Positions 32,201 through 41,700 of a DNA stretch of 64,000 nt are shown here, in pieces; positions within the stretch are counted from its first letter, which is position 1; each line of letters begins with the position of its first letter. The stretch is from NCBI GenBank assembly GCA_018818105.1, contig JAHISK010000055.1, positions 4,781 through 68,780 on the forward strand, read 5' to 3'. The position numbers were made by a program, and so were the translations under genes. This stretch comes from Candidatus Omnitrophota bacterium. GTDB lineage: Bacteria; Omnitrophota; Gorgyraeia; Duberdicusellales; 4484-171. The notes beneath the pieces are model-generated. The model was not told the origin of the DNA. It did not search any database and saw only the letters and a list, made by a program, of their open reading frames with translations.

Positions 32201-32604
32201 GAATACTCATATTTAGCTATAACGGGGCGCTCAACTTCTTTAGGCAAACTCTCCTGCACCTGAGAAAAATGCTCCCTTACTTCTACTACCGCGTAATCTA
32301 AATTAATTTCCGGTTTAAAATAAAGGATAATTCGGCACTCGCCTTCTTCTGAAATTGTAATAATATCTTCTAACCCATCGATAACTGATAACGCGTCTTC
32401 TAAAGGCTTTGCTATTCTATCCTCTACTTCCTGAGGGCTAACCCCTCCTCTAATACGTAAATCAACAGAGATATTTCCAATTTCTACATTAGGTTTCAAT
32501 TCTACCGGCAGGCGAAAAAGAGCAAAGAGCCCTAAAAGAAGAAAAATCAAAAACACCATGGAAATGGCAATTGGTCTACGTATAGATAATTTAGGTAGAT
32601 TCAT
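29275..32604 (-). CDS. RND efflux transporter permease subunit (AcrB/MdtB/C family), copy 2
   Basis: 1109 aa, 12-TM RND architecture. N-terminus MNLPKLSIRRPIAISMVFLIFLLLG... Confidence 0.8.
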   Translation of the reverse strand: MNLPKLSIRRPIAISMVFLIFLLLGLFALFRLPVELKPNVEIGNISVDLRIRGGVSPQEVEDRIAKPLEDALSVIDGLEDIITISEEGECRIILYFKPEINLDYAVVEVREHFSQVQESLPKEVERPVIAKYEYSQVPVVILGVTSPIRTVEELRRLAESKMKSRFSRIEGVAKVEVGGGREEKIFVELNEVALRSHGITIDDVIQALNVNNLNLVAGDVKRGSTTYLVRTVGQFVSLDDIKDLPINPGGEAHMVRIRDLAKVSVSYLDPHALARVNSEPSVSLYIQKASGANTIKVVEEVEKELAKLKKSLPQDVNTRPYFNHADYIKQAITTVRHALYIGAFLTMIVLWLFLRNFKYTLVVALTIPFSVITAFSLMYLSGISINVVTLSGIALGIGILVDSSIVVLENIFKKREELREADKQSESEDLKTTAEEGSSEVLIAIAASTLTTIVVFLPLFFVNKEIKRLYSGLALTVVFSLFASLFFSFTLVPLLASRISTKKGNLGRKNKREDKELLQVIEPNNDERKNSKIWFHKIYKIIERYRFNDLVGGYKKCINFVLGKRYLFIAGTVILLIIVFIQMSRLGREFIGIAEQSRFTVYVQMPSGTKIEISDDVVTKVEAILDSIPEIKNHTSRIKGWSSQIYVELKPSSSKRGVDEIIEEIRQKTKDMDPAFVYAQQPESVGRKEIMVEVFGPDYELLKSLAQQIGGLIQSTGKFNDVKLRMRSGRPEVHILFDRNKLALYGLTMLDVSNILHAKLRGLIATRFHASSAEGVMLKTQSSEVKNLPTIKNYGNELVHQETKKLSAAMGGIGSFEGEGTRQIETIARLEKGFRDTLTDIYNLSLRGKDNTMVYLQQIAEVKSGVGPAEIWRKNKERMVQVSADSGKLSLSESADLVNEALAGMDFPKDYHYSFGGDYDKMIRNQRELTQAMFLALFLVYLVLASVFESYTQPFIVLSSVPMAIIGVGIGLRLSGEPIGLGVYIGSVILIGIVVNNAIILIDYINRLRGVGAYKGLKNNSFFGARESIIKAVVWRLRPILMTSLTTILTMIPLIFQRGGTSSLWRPLAVTVVGGMITSTFLTLFIIPSIYMMAEDIKKIFSFIKPRSL

Positions 32605-32616
32605 AATTATTTAAAA

Positions 32617-32645
32617 GGGTCAAGGGGCAGGGGGCAAGGGGCAAG
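32617..32645. repeat. GC-rich TTGMCCC/GGGKCAA-family repeat; left arm of the inverted pair flanking 4HB gene 32652..33041
   Basis: GGGTCAAGGGGCAGGGGGCAAGGGGCAAG; about 25/28 complementary to 33059-33087. Confidence 0.7.
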
Positions 32646-32651
32646 AAAAAT

Positions 32652-33041
32652 TTAAGATTTCAAAGACTTAATTAACCCCTTTAATAACCGGCCTACTTCT
32701 TGACGTCTATCATTAATCATTTTGTATATTTCAATATTTATATAACCTAAATCTTTAGAAAATAAAAAATACGTTTCCACTTCACCTAATGACCCTTTTG
32801 CTATCATCAAAAACTGAATATATTCTTTACGATACTGCCTTTCATACCCCTCTGCTATATTAGCAACAACCGATATAGCGGCCCTTCTCAATTGAGAAAC
32901 TAAACCATACTGTTCACTCCTAGGATAATCACGCGTAATTTTATATACTTCTAACGCCAATTCATATGCTTTCTTCCATACAATTAACTTCTTAAAACCC
33001 TTCTCCATTTCTTTCTCTCTATATTTTTCTCTCTTAACCAT
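32652..33041 (-). CDS. Four-helix-bundle protein (23S rRNA intervening-sequence protein family), second copy
   Basis: KKLIVWKKAYELALEVYKITRDYP...QLRRAAISVVANIAEGYERQ...MIAKGSLGEVETY. AAGGAAGAAG ribosome-binding site upstream. Confidence 0.8.
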   Translation of the reverse strand: MVKREKYREKEMEKGFKKLIVWKKAYELALEVYKITRDYPRSEQYGLVSQLRRAAISVVANIAEGYERQYRKEYIQFLMIAKGSLGEVETYFLFSKDLGYINIEIYKMINDRRQEVGRLLKGLIKSLKS

Positions 33042-36000
33042 CTCTATATTCTTCTTCCTTGACCCTTGCCCCCTGACCCTTGCCCCTATTTATAAATGCT
33101 GTAACAGAATCATACAGCACAGGGACGAACAAAAGCGTTAGGAACGTGGACGAAAGCAAACCTCCAATTACAGTAATAGCCATAGGAGCCCGTAATTCAG
33201 AACCTTCACCAATACCTATAGCAAGAGGTATCATTCCTAAGACAGTGGTGAAAGTCGTCATAAGAATAGGACGTAGCCGATGCTGACTGGCTTCTAAAAT
33301 AACTTCTTTTAAAGGCAAATTCTTTTTCTTTAAATGGTTCATATAATCCACTAAAACTATCCCGTTATTTACAACAATCCCGCCCAACATAATAGCGCCC
33401 AAAAGAGCGACTACATTCAAAGAAGTAGAAGTTAACTTCAACGCGACGCTTATGCCTATAAGAGAAAGAGGAACTGTAAACATAATAATAAACGGCTGCC
33501 ATAACGACTCAAATTGCGCCGCCATAATCATATAAATTAAAAGAATCGCTAATAAAAAAGCAAACTTCATGCTGTTAAATGATTCCCGCATACGAACGCT
33601 CTCACCAGAAAGGCCTACGTTATATCCTAACGGAATATTTAATTTCTCTACTATACCGGTTAACTGCGTATTAATTTCGCTAACACTGCGTCCATATAAA
33701 TTAGCATTAACAGATATTGTACGGCGCTGGTCTATCCGTTTAATTTCTGTGGGGCCTCTGCCTTTCGCAAGACGGGCAACCTGATAAAGAGGAACCATAA
33801 CATTCCTATACGCCGTCCTAATACCTAAAGATCTGATTCGGGATAAATTCTTTCTATCTTCTTCCTGCAAACGTACTCTAATATCTATAGGATGCGTTAC
33901 ATCCTCCTTAAACTTAGTAAAAACTCTTCCCTTAATGGCAGTATGCGCGGTTAACGCGATATCCTGAGTAGATAAACCTAACAAAGAAGCTTGGTCTTTA
34001 AGTATATATATTTTTGTTTCGGGAGAAGAAGGGACCCTATCATCTTCTATACTATAAACGCCTTTTATCGAAGATAGTTCTTTTTTTATCTGATCAGCTA
34101 CATCGCCCATCTGTAAAAGGTTCTCCCCTTTTATTTCAATTTGAATAGGTTTATCCTCAAACGCTTCCTTCAAAACACTTTCCTGCAAAACATACTCTAA
34201 CTGAGCGCCGATTAAATGTTTTTCTTTCATAATATCCCGCAAACGTTGAATAACGTCTTGCGTGGAAAACAACGAAACAGCTTCCTTTTCCTTTAATTCT
34301 TTATAGGAATACAGCTTCACCATAATTTCGCCCTCATAAGAAGCCAAAGTTTGCACCGCTTTTTCCGTGGGGTTATCTTTATCCGAACCTACTTTTATAC
34401 TAACATCTTTAACTTCTTTTATTTCATTGAGAAGAACTTCCTCCACCATACGCACAGCGTTATCAGTAACTTCTAAACTTGTTCCCGGCTCCATGGTAAG
34501 TTTTATTATAAACTGCCGCTGATCAAGCCGAGGCAAAAATTCGCTGGGCACAGTTTTTAAAATCACCAAGCTTAAAAGAAATAATCCTATAACAACAAAT
34601 ACAAGAATCGCTTTATTATCTAAAGTTTTTGATAAAAGACGGCGGTATAAATTATCAATTCCATTAAAAAGGAGATCAACTTTTGCTTGGCCGTCTTTGC
34701 TTTCTTTAATTCCACCGCCTAAAGAAGAAAGCATCGGCACCAACATCAACGCTATCAATAACGACGAAACCAAAGAAAAGGTTACCGTAAACGCCAATTG
34801 CTTAAAAAGCTGTCCGGCTATACCGGAAAGAAACATCATCGGAAAAAATACGCACACTGTTGTGAGAGTGGAAGAGATAATTGCTCCTTTCATCTGAAAA
34901 GACGCCTGAGACACAAGCGATAACGCTTCTTGCTTTGAGAGTTTTTTGTCCTGTTTTGATCTTTCCTGCTGCCGGCGAAAAATATTTTCAAGAACAACAA
35001 TAGAGTTATCCACTAACATTCCTACTCCTAATGCCAACCCTCCTAAAGAAATCATGTTCAAAGAAATATTCCTGGAAAACATCAATATAAACACACCCAT
35101 AATTGATATAGGAATAGCTGTAGCAATAATTAAAGAAATCTTAAGGTTCCTTAAAAAAACGAGTAAAACTAGAAAAGCCAAAACCCCGCCGCCTATGGCA
35201 GCGTTCCTAACTCCTTTTATCGAATTCGCGACATACACCGACTCATCATAAGCAATATCCAACTTTACGTCTAAAGATGGATTTTTATTCATTCGATACA
35301 CTTCTTCTTTAACCCTCTCACAAACGTCTATTACATTAGCGCCAGACTGTCTCTTAATTGAAATAGATATGTTTTCAACACCATTATGGCGGGAAATACT
35401 TTCTTTTTCTTTAGCTACATTTTTTACCTGAGCGATATCACTTAGCCGAACTAACCGGGCAGTTTTCTCCTGAAGCTCATCCTTAATGCCAAGTTGGCGT
35501 TCTCTCTGCTCTTCTTCAGTTTCAGGAACATCCACTAAAACTGTTAACTCACTGATTTCATCTAACGTCTCAAACTCACCTATTGTTCTGACCAAATGCT
35601 CATAAAAACTTCCCTTTATCGACCCCGCGGGATAATTAATATTTGATTTTTTTATTACCGAGCCTAAATCCAACAAAGAAAGGCCTGAAGCCTGTAGCCG
35701 TGACTGATCAACCTCTATTAGAATCTCCCGCCCAACTCCTCCTGTAATAACCGCGGCGGCAACACCTTTTAACTTTTCTAAATCATCTTTCATTTGCCGC
35801 TCACAAACTTCCCTCAATTCTAACAAAGACTCTTTTCCCGTCACGCTTAACACAATAACCGGTTTCTCAAAGGGATTATACTTCATAACAATCGGTTCAC
35901 CGCAATCCCTCGGAAGGCGTTCCTTAACTAAATCTATTTTTTCACGCACCTCCAAAGCGGCTAAATCCATGTTCGTTCCCCAGTCAAAACGCACCATTAC

Positions 36001-36291
36001 CATAGATAACGCTTCCCGGGAAATTGAGCTAATCTGTTTAACCCCGCTTATCGCCCCGCCCGATTCTTCTAAAATTTGAGATATTAAACTTTCAACTTCT
36101 TCCGGGGCCGCCCCTTCATAGGGTGTCAAAATTGTTATTTGAGGATACGATATGGAAGGAAATAATTCCTGAGAAAGGCGGGACAAAGAAACCATTCCCA
36201 TAACTACAACCGCTAAAAAAATCATAGCCGTAGTAACAGGGCGCATTATGAAGATACTAATCTTTTCCAGTTTCTTTCTTCGGTCTTTCAT
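33034..36291 (-). CDS. RND efflux transporter permease subunit (AcrB family), copy 1. The start is probably ATG at 36291; the track start 36333 reads through a repeat
   Basis: MRPVTTAMIFLAVVVMGMVSLSRL...PYEGAAPEEVE; 12-TM RND fold. Confidence 0.8.
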   Translation of the reverse strand: MKDRRKKLEKISIFIMRPVTTAMIFLAVVVMGMVSLSRLSQELFPSISYPQITILTPYEGAAPEEVESLISQILEESGGAISGVKQISSISREALSMVMVRFDWGTNMDLAALEVREKIDLVKERLPRDCGEPIVMKYNPFEKPVIVLSVTGKESLLELREVCERQMKDDLEKLKGVAAAVITGGVGREILIEVDQSRLQASGLSLLDLGSVIKKSNINYPAGSIKGSFYEHLVRTIGEFETLDEISELTVLVDVPETEEEQRERQLGIKDELQEKTARLVRLSDIAQVKNVAKEKESISRHNGVENISISIKRQSGANVIDVCERVKEEVYRMNKNPSLDVKLDIAYDESVYVANSIKGVRNAAIGGGVLAFLVLLVFLRNLKISLIIATAIPISIMGVFILMFSRNISLNMISLGGLALGVGMLVDNSIVVLENIFRRQQERSKQDKKLSKQEALSLVSQASFQMKGAIISSTLTTVCVFFPMMFLSGIAGQLFKQLAFTVTFSLVSSLLIALMLVPMLSSLGGGIKESKDGQAKVDLLFNGIDNLYRRLLSKTLDNKAILVFVVIGLFLLSLVILKTVPSEFLPRLDQRQFIIKLTMEPGTSLEVTDNAVRMVEEVLLNEIKEVKDVSIKVGSDKDNPTEKAVQTLASYEGEIMVKLYSYKELKEKEAVSLFSTQDVIQRLRDIMKEKHLIGAQLEYVLQESVLKEAFEDKPIQIEIKGENLLQMGDVADQIKKELSSIKGVYSIEDDRVPSSPETKIYILKDQASLLGLSTQDIALTAHTAIKGRVFTKFKEDVTHPIDIRVRLQEEDRKNLSRIRSLGIRTAYRNVMVPLYQVARLAKGRGPTEIKRIDQRRTISVNANLYGRSVSEINTQLTGIVEKLNIPLGYNVGLSGESVRMRESFNSMKFAFLLAILLIYMIMAAQFESLWQPFIIMFTVPLSLIGISVALKLTSTSLNVVALLGAIMLGGIVVNNGIVLVDYMNHLKKKNLPLKEVILEASQHRLRPILMTTFTTVLGMIPLAIGIGEGSELRAPMAITVIGGLLSSTFLTLLFVPVLYDSVTAFINRGKGQGARVKEEEYRDG
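33059..33087. repeat. GC-rich TTGMCCC-family repeat; right arm of the inverted pair flanking 4HB gene 32652..33041
   Basis: TTGACCCTTGCCCCCTGACCCTTGCCCCT. Confidence 0.7.
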
Positions 36292-36304
36292 AAAAATATT
36301 TTGT

Positions 36305-36662
36305 AGGGTCAAGGGGCAGGGGTCATGGGTCAAAGAATTAGAAAGCTAACCAATCCTTTCACCAAAAACCTAATTTTATATCTAAAAACGAAACTAAATA
36401 CCCCTTATTACAACTTAATATCTATTTTAAAGATAAAAACAAATATTGAAAGATATTTTTATCTCTTACCCCATTTTCTTATCTTGATTTATCTTTTTCT
36501 ATCTCCCCTCTTCATCTATGGACTATGGTCTATCGACTATGGACGAATTATTCTCCCTTCTCCCCTTTCTCTAACTTTGCTTTCTCCTTAACCTAAAACT
36601 TAAAACCATTTTTCCTTGCCCCTTGACCCTTCTTCTCTTAATTCTTCCTTGACCCATGACCC
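36305..36662. repeat. Inverted pair of TTGMCCC-family repeats (36305-36334 and 36612-36662) enclosing about 270 bp with no convincing gene
   Basis: GGGTCAAGGGGCAGGGGTCATGGGTCAAAG ... CCTTGCCCCTTGACCC...CCTTGACCCATGACCCAT. The interior contains ctatggac x3. Confidence 0.55.
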
Positions 36663-36780
36663 ATATCATTTACCATTTATCATTTATCATTTTAAATTAT
36701 TATATATTTTTCCTCTTAAGCAAATGCTAATTTTAAAATGTTAATTGGTAAATTTAAAATTTCTATCCCTTGACCCTCTT
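36647..36780. repeat. About 150-bp dispersed repeat element, copy A, with (CATTTAC/T) x3 tract; it abuts the stop codon of gene 36781..38631 and lies upstream of the RND locus
   Basis: More than 90% identical to 44555-44710 outside the heptad tract. Both ends carry TTGACCC boxes. Confidence 0.8.
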
Positions 36781-38631
36781 TTACATCTGCTCCACCATCT
36801 CCACATACTCCTGCCCCCAATCTTTCACTAAATCACCAAAATTATCCGAAATAAAACTTTTTAATTCGTCAGGGTCTTCATTAATAGGAATGCTTACTTC
36901 ACCAAAACTTTGATTATCCACTATCTTTTCTAGAGCTTGAACTTTTAAACTTAACATCCTAAGATAAACTTTACCTAATTCTGTATCTAAATCAATTAAA
37001 TCTTGCTGATACGTTTCTTGAAACTTATCAAACATATCTAAAACTTTACCATTTTCACCCCACTCTAAATAATTCTGAGCTTGACTACGCATAAAATTAG
37101 CGTCCGCGGCAGCAGCATCAACCTCTGACGCGGTTATTGTGAAATCTATATCATCTACAAAAGTAATCTCAATCAAATAAATATCTTCTTTATTCAAAGC
37201 GGCCGCGGATAATCCATAACTTGCTCTAGCAAACATTTCAACTCCGGCTTTATTCATTGTTTTATATTCCTGAATAACATCATAAATCGTACCGGCAACA
37301 TCCTCAGTTGTATGGAAAAAATCCCGTAACTGCTCAACATTCATATCCTGAACTTGATAAAAACATACATACCTTTCCTGCAAAAGACTATCCCCTATCT
37401 CAAACACCACTTTATCTCCGTCTTTATACATATCATTAATCCAATCCTGATTAAATTCATTAACTTCCAAACCTATGGAATCCATCCCTCCCTCAACAGT
37501 ATATGATATATATTTACCTGAATAAACCGATTCCCCGGTAGCTGAATCAAGACTAAGCTCCCAAGCCTTCACATGTAAACTTCCTTTCCACTCATGAACC
37601 CAACTGGCATATTCAGTACCATCATCATCAATAACCCCCTGTTCAGCTATGCCGAACGCATTATGTTTTTCATAAGTTCCTTCAAAATAATTTATCACTT
37701 TAACTAAATGATGATTCTCCCAAAGATAGGTTATCTTTAACGCCCCAAACCTATCCCGCGTCTCATACATTTCGCTTCCCCACTTATCAAACTTGGTAAC
37801 ATCACCGTCAACCATTTCATACTGAAACATTTTTCCGTCTTTTAAAATAGGATTATCCTCCTCATCAACAACTAAAATACTTATCTTCTCAATTCTCAAT
37901 AAACTATCCCCTTCCTGCCGCCAATAAGCTACTAATTCTCCATCCTTAGACCCTTTTCTTTCTTCTATGGGACTGCCGTTATTATAGCGTTTCCAAACTT
38001 GAGTGGCAAGATTATGCTCCCAATATCCTGTTCCCGACTGATCATATTCATAGATATGCGTAATATTATGATGGCTATCATTCCTTTCCATAAGATTATT
38101 TCTCCAGTACCGTTCATATTCTAAAACATCACCCCATTCATTCGTCACCCTACATTCAATTACTTTACTACCATTCTGTTCCCCTACCGCATACCAATCA
38201 TATTTCCTTATCGCGAGTTTCTCATCAAGACGCCATCCATTAGCCTCAAATGTTTCCGCGTCCATCTTAAACGCTTTTTTACCGCCTCTAAACCGAATAA
38301 CATCTCCATTCCGTTCAATCCGCAACTCAGGTTTACCATTAAAATAGAAAGTTTTGTTACCATATTTATCAACAATTATTGAAGGATATTTTGACGCGAT
38401 TTGAGGAATTTGAACGTTTAAAGGATAAGCCACTTCAGCATAATTACTTATTTGTTTCCACTGCGGTATTATACGGGGATCACCGGGATCAGTATGAAAA
38501 GCGGACCCGGGAAGAACCATCATGTCTTGAGCAAAACTTAGTAAAGGAAAAATAACGATAAAGACAAAAAGTATTCCTTTAAAATACTTATTGAAATTAA
38601 TTCCTTTTATAATTTTTTCTATATGATTCAT
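36781..38631 (-). CDS. Secreted protein of unknown function (616 aa from ATG 38631; signal peptide ILFVFIVIFPLLSFA)
   Basis: AAGGAAGAAG ribosome-binding site before ATG 38631; the track start 38781 overlaps the upstream gene. W/Y/E-rich beta-type sequence, no motif recognised. Confidence 0.6.
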   Translation of the reverse strand: MNHIEKIIKGINFNKYFKGILFVFIVIFPLLSFAQDMMVLPGSAFHTDPGDPRIIPQWKQISNYAEVAYPLNVQIPQIASKYPSIIVDKYGNKTFYFNGKPELRIERNGDVIRFRGGKKAFKMDAETFEANGWRLDEKLAIRKYDWYAVGEQNGSKVIECRVTNEWGDVLEYERYWRNNLMERNDSHHNITHIYEYDQSGTGYWEHNLATQVWKRYNNGSPIEERKGSKDGELVAYWRQEGDSLLRIEKISILVVDEEDNPILKDGKMFQYEMVDGDVTKFDKWGSEMYETRDRFGALKITYLWENHHLVKVINYFEGTYEKHNAFGIAEQGVIDDDGTEYASWVHEWKGSLHVKAWELSLDSATGESVYSGKYISYTVEGGMDSIGLEVNEFNQDWINDMYKDGDKVVFEIGDSLLQERYVCFYQVQDMNVEQLRDFFHTTEDVAGTIYDVIQEYKTMNKAGVEMFARASYGLSAAALNKEDIYLIEITFVDDIDFTITASEVDAAAADANFMRSQAQNYLEWGENGKVLDMFDKFQETYQQDLIDLDTELGKVYLRMLSLKVQALEKIVDNQSFGEVSIPINEDPDELKSFISDNFGDLVKDWGQEYVEMVEQM

Positions 38632-38702
38632 TTTGTCTTCTTCCTTAGTAATTATTAGGACAGACTGTTCTCTTTTAACTGATCCCCATACAGCTAAAAG
38701 CA

Positions 38703-38740
38703 TGGAAGGGAAAAAGAAAAAGAGGGGGATAGCCCCCTCT
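38703..38740 (-). terminator. Intrinsic terminator (AGAGGGGG-AUAG-CCCCCUCU, then U-rich tract) after gene 38760..41789
   Basis: Perfect 8-bp GC-rich stem. The minus-strand reading is followed by TTTTTCTTTTT. Confidence 0.6.
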
Positions 38741-38759
38741 TTTTCTAATGTTTTCTTTA

Positions 38760-41700
38760 TTACATAAGTAAATCTTGCCAACCGACATGAGCTTGAAAAT
38801 CACCGCTGTTAAACCCTAACATATACACGTATACGCCAACACCGGAAGCATCACCTTCTCGCGCCTCGCTCTGTAACCCGTAACATGTTAACGGATTTGC
38901 CGCCGGATCTGTTAACGTATTTTGTATTTGAGTAACAGCTTCTGCTCTCTCATATCCTTCCACATACCGAAAATCTACTGTAATTTTACTTACTAATACA
39001 GCTTCCGGGTTCTCTTCCTCATTATAAAACTGTTTTACTGCCGGTTTTTCACCCGCCGCTAAATTAGCATTACAATTAGCGATTTCAGCATCAAAGGCAT
39101 TACGTTGATCCTGAGTTATTAGATTATTCCACCAATACTGATCCACATGAACCACATTCTCTATATCAGTCCAATACCATACCGCAGCATCAACCCTTAT
39201 CCGATCTAACCCGTTAGCCGGATCTTTATACTGTTCTAAATTTGAACTAGTTAACGCAACCCCCTGCTCATCAGTAACCCCAAGAACATATGATGTATAC
39301 GCCGGATCACCACCGTCTTGAATAGCCATTGCTAACTGATCCAAATTAATACTCAATATCTGATTCTCCTTAGGTAATTCCTTGGTAAAATCTTCACCGA
39401 CAAGATTAACATTTTTTAAAGTACCTTGCATGGAAACTCCCGAAATATAAACGTTCACTTTTGCTAAATTATTCAGAAATGTTTGGTCATAAGTTATCTC
39501 TGCCGCGGCAGAATCCCTCAGTCTTAAAAAATCAGCCTTTACAATAGAAGCATCATACGCAATAACATTATCATTATTATATTGAGTACTTTTTACTCCA
39601 TTAGTATCGACTGTTTCTTCCCCAATCCATAGCCTAATCTCGCCGTTCTCTTCTAAAAAATTCATGCATATTCTTTCTCCATCCTCACCAAAAAATCTAG
39701 TGTCAGATCTATTCAATACAACACCCTCCGGATTACCGTTAACAAGGTTAAATAAAAAATCAACTAACTCCCGCTTATCTTCCATACTCATGCTTTTCAA
39801 CTTACTCCGAGTACTCGCATCTAAACAATAGCTTGTATGGTAATCTTTTTTGTCAGCTATATAATTTATAATAGCATCTATATTCTCATCTGTAAATTCA
39901 AGATTACCATAAATAACACTCTCTAATGTATTGTTTTCAGCGGCATTGGTTTTGCCGAACATAATATGCGTAGTCCTTTCTCTGCTAAGACTAAGACCTA
40001 CTTCCGGAGCAAGAGAGCATAATGTATCAGCGTAAACCGCTTTCGCATTATCTAGATCTTCTTCTGTTAAATTAGGATTTAACATCCACTCATAACGGCT
40101 GGCACTTGTCTCATCACCTACTTCAACCATTACTTTTTTCTTATAAACTTTTAAATAACCTTTGTATTTACCGATAACTTCTCCTGTTGCCACATCTAAT
40201 TCAATCTCTTCAATATTAATATCAGCGATTGTCTCAATATCACCGCCTAAACCTATAACCATATACTGATATGTCCCATCACTAATAAGGCTTCCCGCTA
40301 AAAGGCCATTCACTCCAAAAAGTTCTTCTAACCGCTGATCTAATCGGCCTAAAAGAAGATCTAAGTTCGTAGGGACATAATCTATAATCTCTATCATCGC
40401 GACAGCAGTATCTTCTATACTCAAATACTCATGATGATACGTATTTGGATCTATAACATCCCCATTCTCATCCAAATAAATAATTGTATCTACCCCTCCA
40501 GCAAAATATCTTTGCCTTAAAGATCTAATTTGAAAATCCGTAAGTTTAACCGCATTAAGTTGTCCGGACCTTGCGCCCCATACATGCAACCGTTCTAATA
40601 TAACTGAATAATCCGCATAATTATCACCTGCAGTGCTAGCATCAAAAAGCGTATATAACTGATAATATATCGGTGTTTTATTGCCGTCAGCATCAACTAC
40701 CGCTACATTAGTTATTATATTTTGTTCCAATATTTCCCGATCGGCAGACGCAAGCCTATCTACCAACTCATTGACCGACTCTGCATCTTTAAAAAACGCG
40801 TCTACATCATTTAGTTTATTCTTAATAATAGCTCGAGCACGATTAATCGATGTACCTTCAGCATCTGTATCACTATCATTAGCAAGCAACCCTAACTTCA
40901 TAGTACTATCCGGATACGCTGGATCATCATACCGATAATCCATAATCGCATTAACTACAGCTATAAATTGCTCTGCTCCGGCAAGATTATTCAAATATGC
41001 ATCTAACCCGCCGTCACTTACAGTATTCGGAGTTACCGCATTTATCGCATCAATAATCATATTTTCATCCGCATGCATCGCCTTTATTGCCTCTCTTAAA
41101 TTTCCTATCTCTACGAGATCCTCGCTCGCAATAATACTTTCTATTAAATATTCTATGCTGACAAGCCCCAACGCCTGTTTTCTTACGTCTTTAATATCAA
41201 CTATAATTTTTTGCTCATTTGATCCTGTTAAGCAAAATTGTCCATCAATAAATTCTAAATTAATAGCATCCGGCCCCGCTTTTATAAACAAATCGTTAAC
41301 CCACTTGACAATTTTATAATCATTTGGCGTATTATCTGATAAAGCTATTCGGAAAGTGGGTTGTCCAAACTCATCAAATAAAGTCCATACATTGTTCATT
41401 TCTATTGATCCATCTTCATTCATAGTAAAAGAAACACTATAAATAGGTTTATTCCCTTCATAAATTATTGTTGCAATTTTATACATAGCTCCGCTTTCTG
41501 CATCCCAAATAAAAGTAAAAAGAGTTTTACCTCCCGGACTTGTGATATATTCCCCCTTATTATTAACAGTTAAGCTTACATCCCCGCGGGAATCCTTAAG
41601 CTGGATAGAATTCAGACTATTAGTATTAAGATCATTTAAAGCACGCAAAATACCCCCGGTTTCTATATAAGCCCCTATCATTCTAAACGCCGTATTCTTA

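Noticed and set aside
36325-36591. ORF of 88 aa in the inverted-repeat-flanked intergenic region
   Set aside because: It starts inside a GC-rich repeat, has no ribosome-binding site, is mostly I/L/Y low-complexity, and runs through micro-repeats. Most likely non-coding.
32600-36800. GC-rich TTGMCCC repeats as a possible CRISPR array
   Set aside because: Copies are irregularly spaced (tens to thousands of bp apart), occur in both orientations and flank genes. There is no repeat-spacer periodicity and no cas genes.
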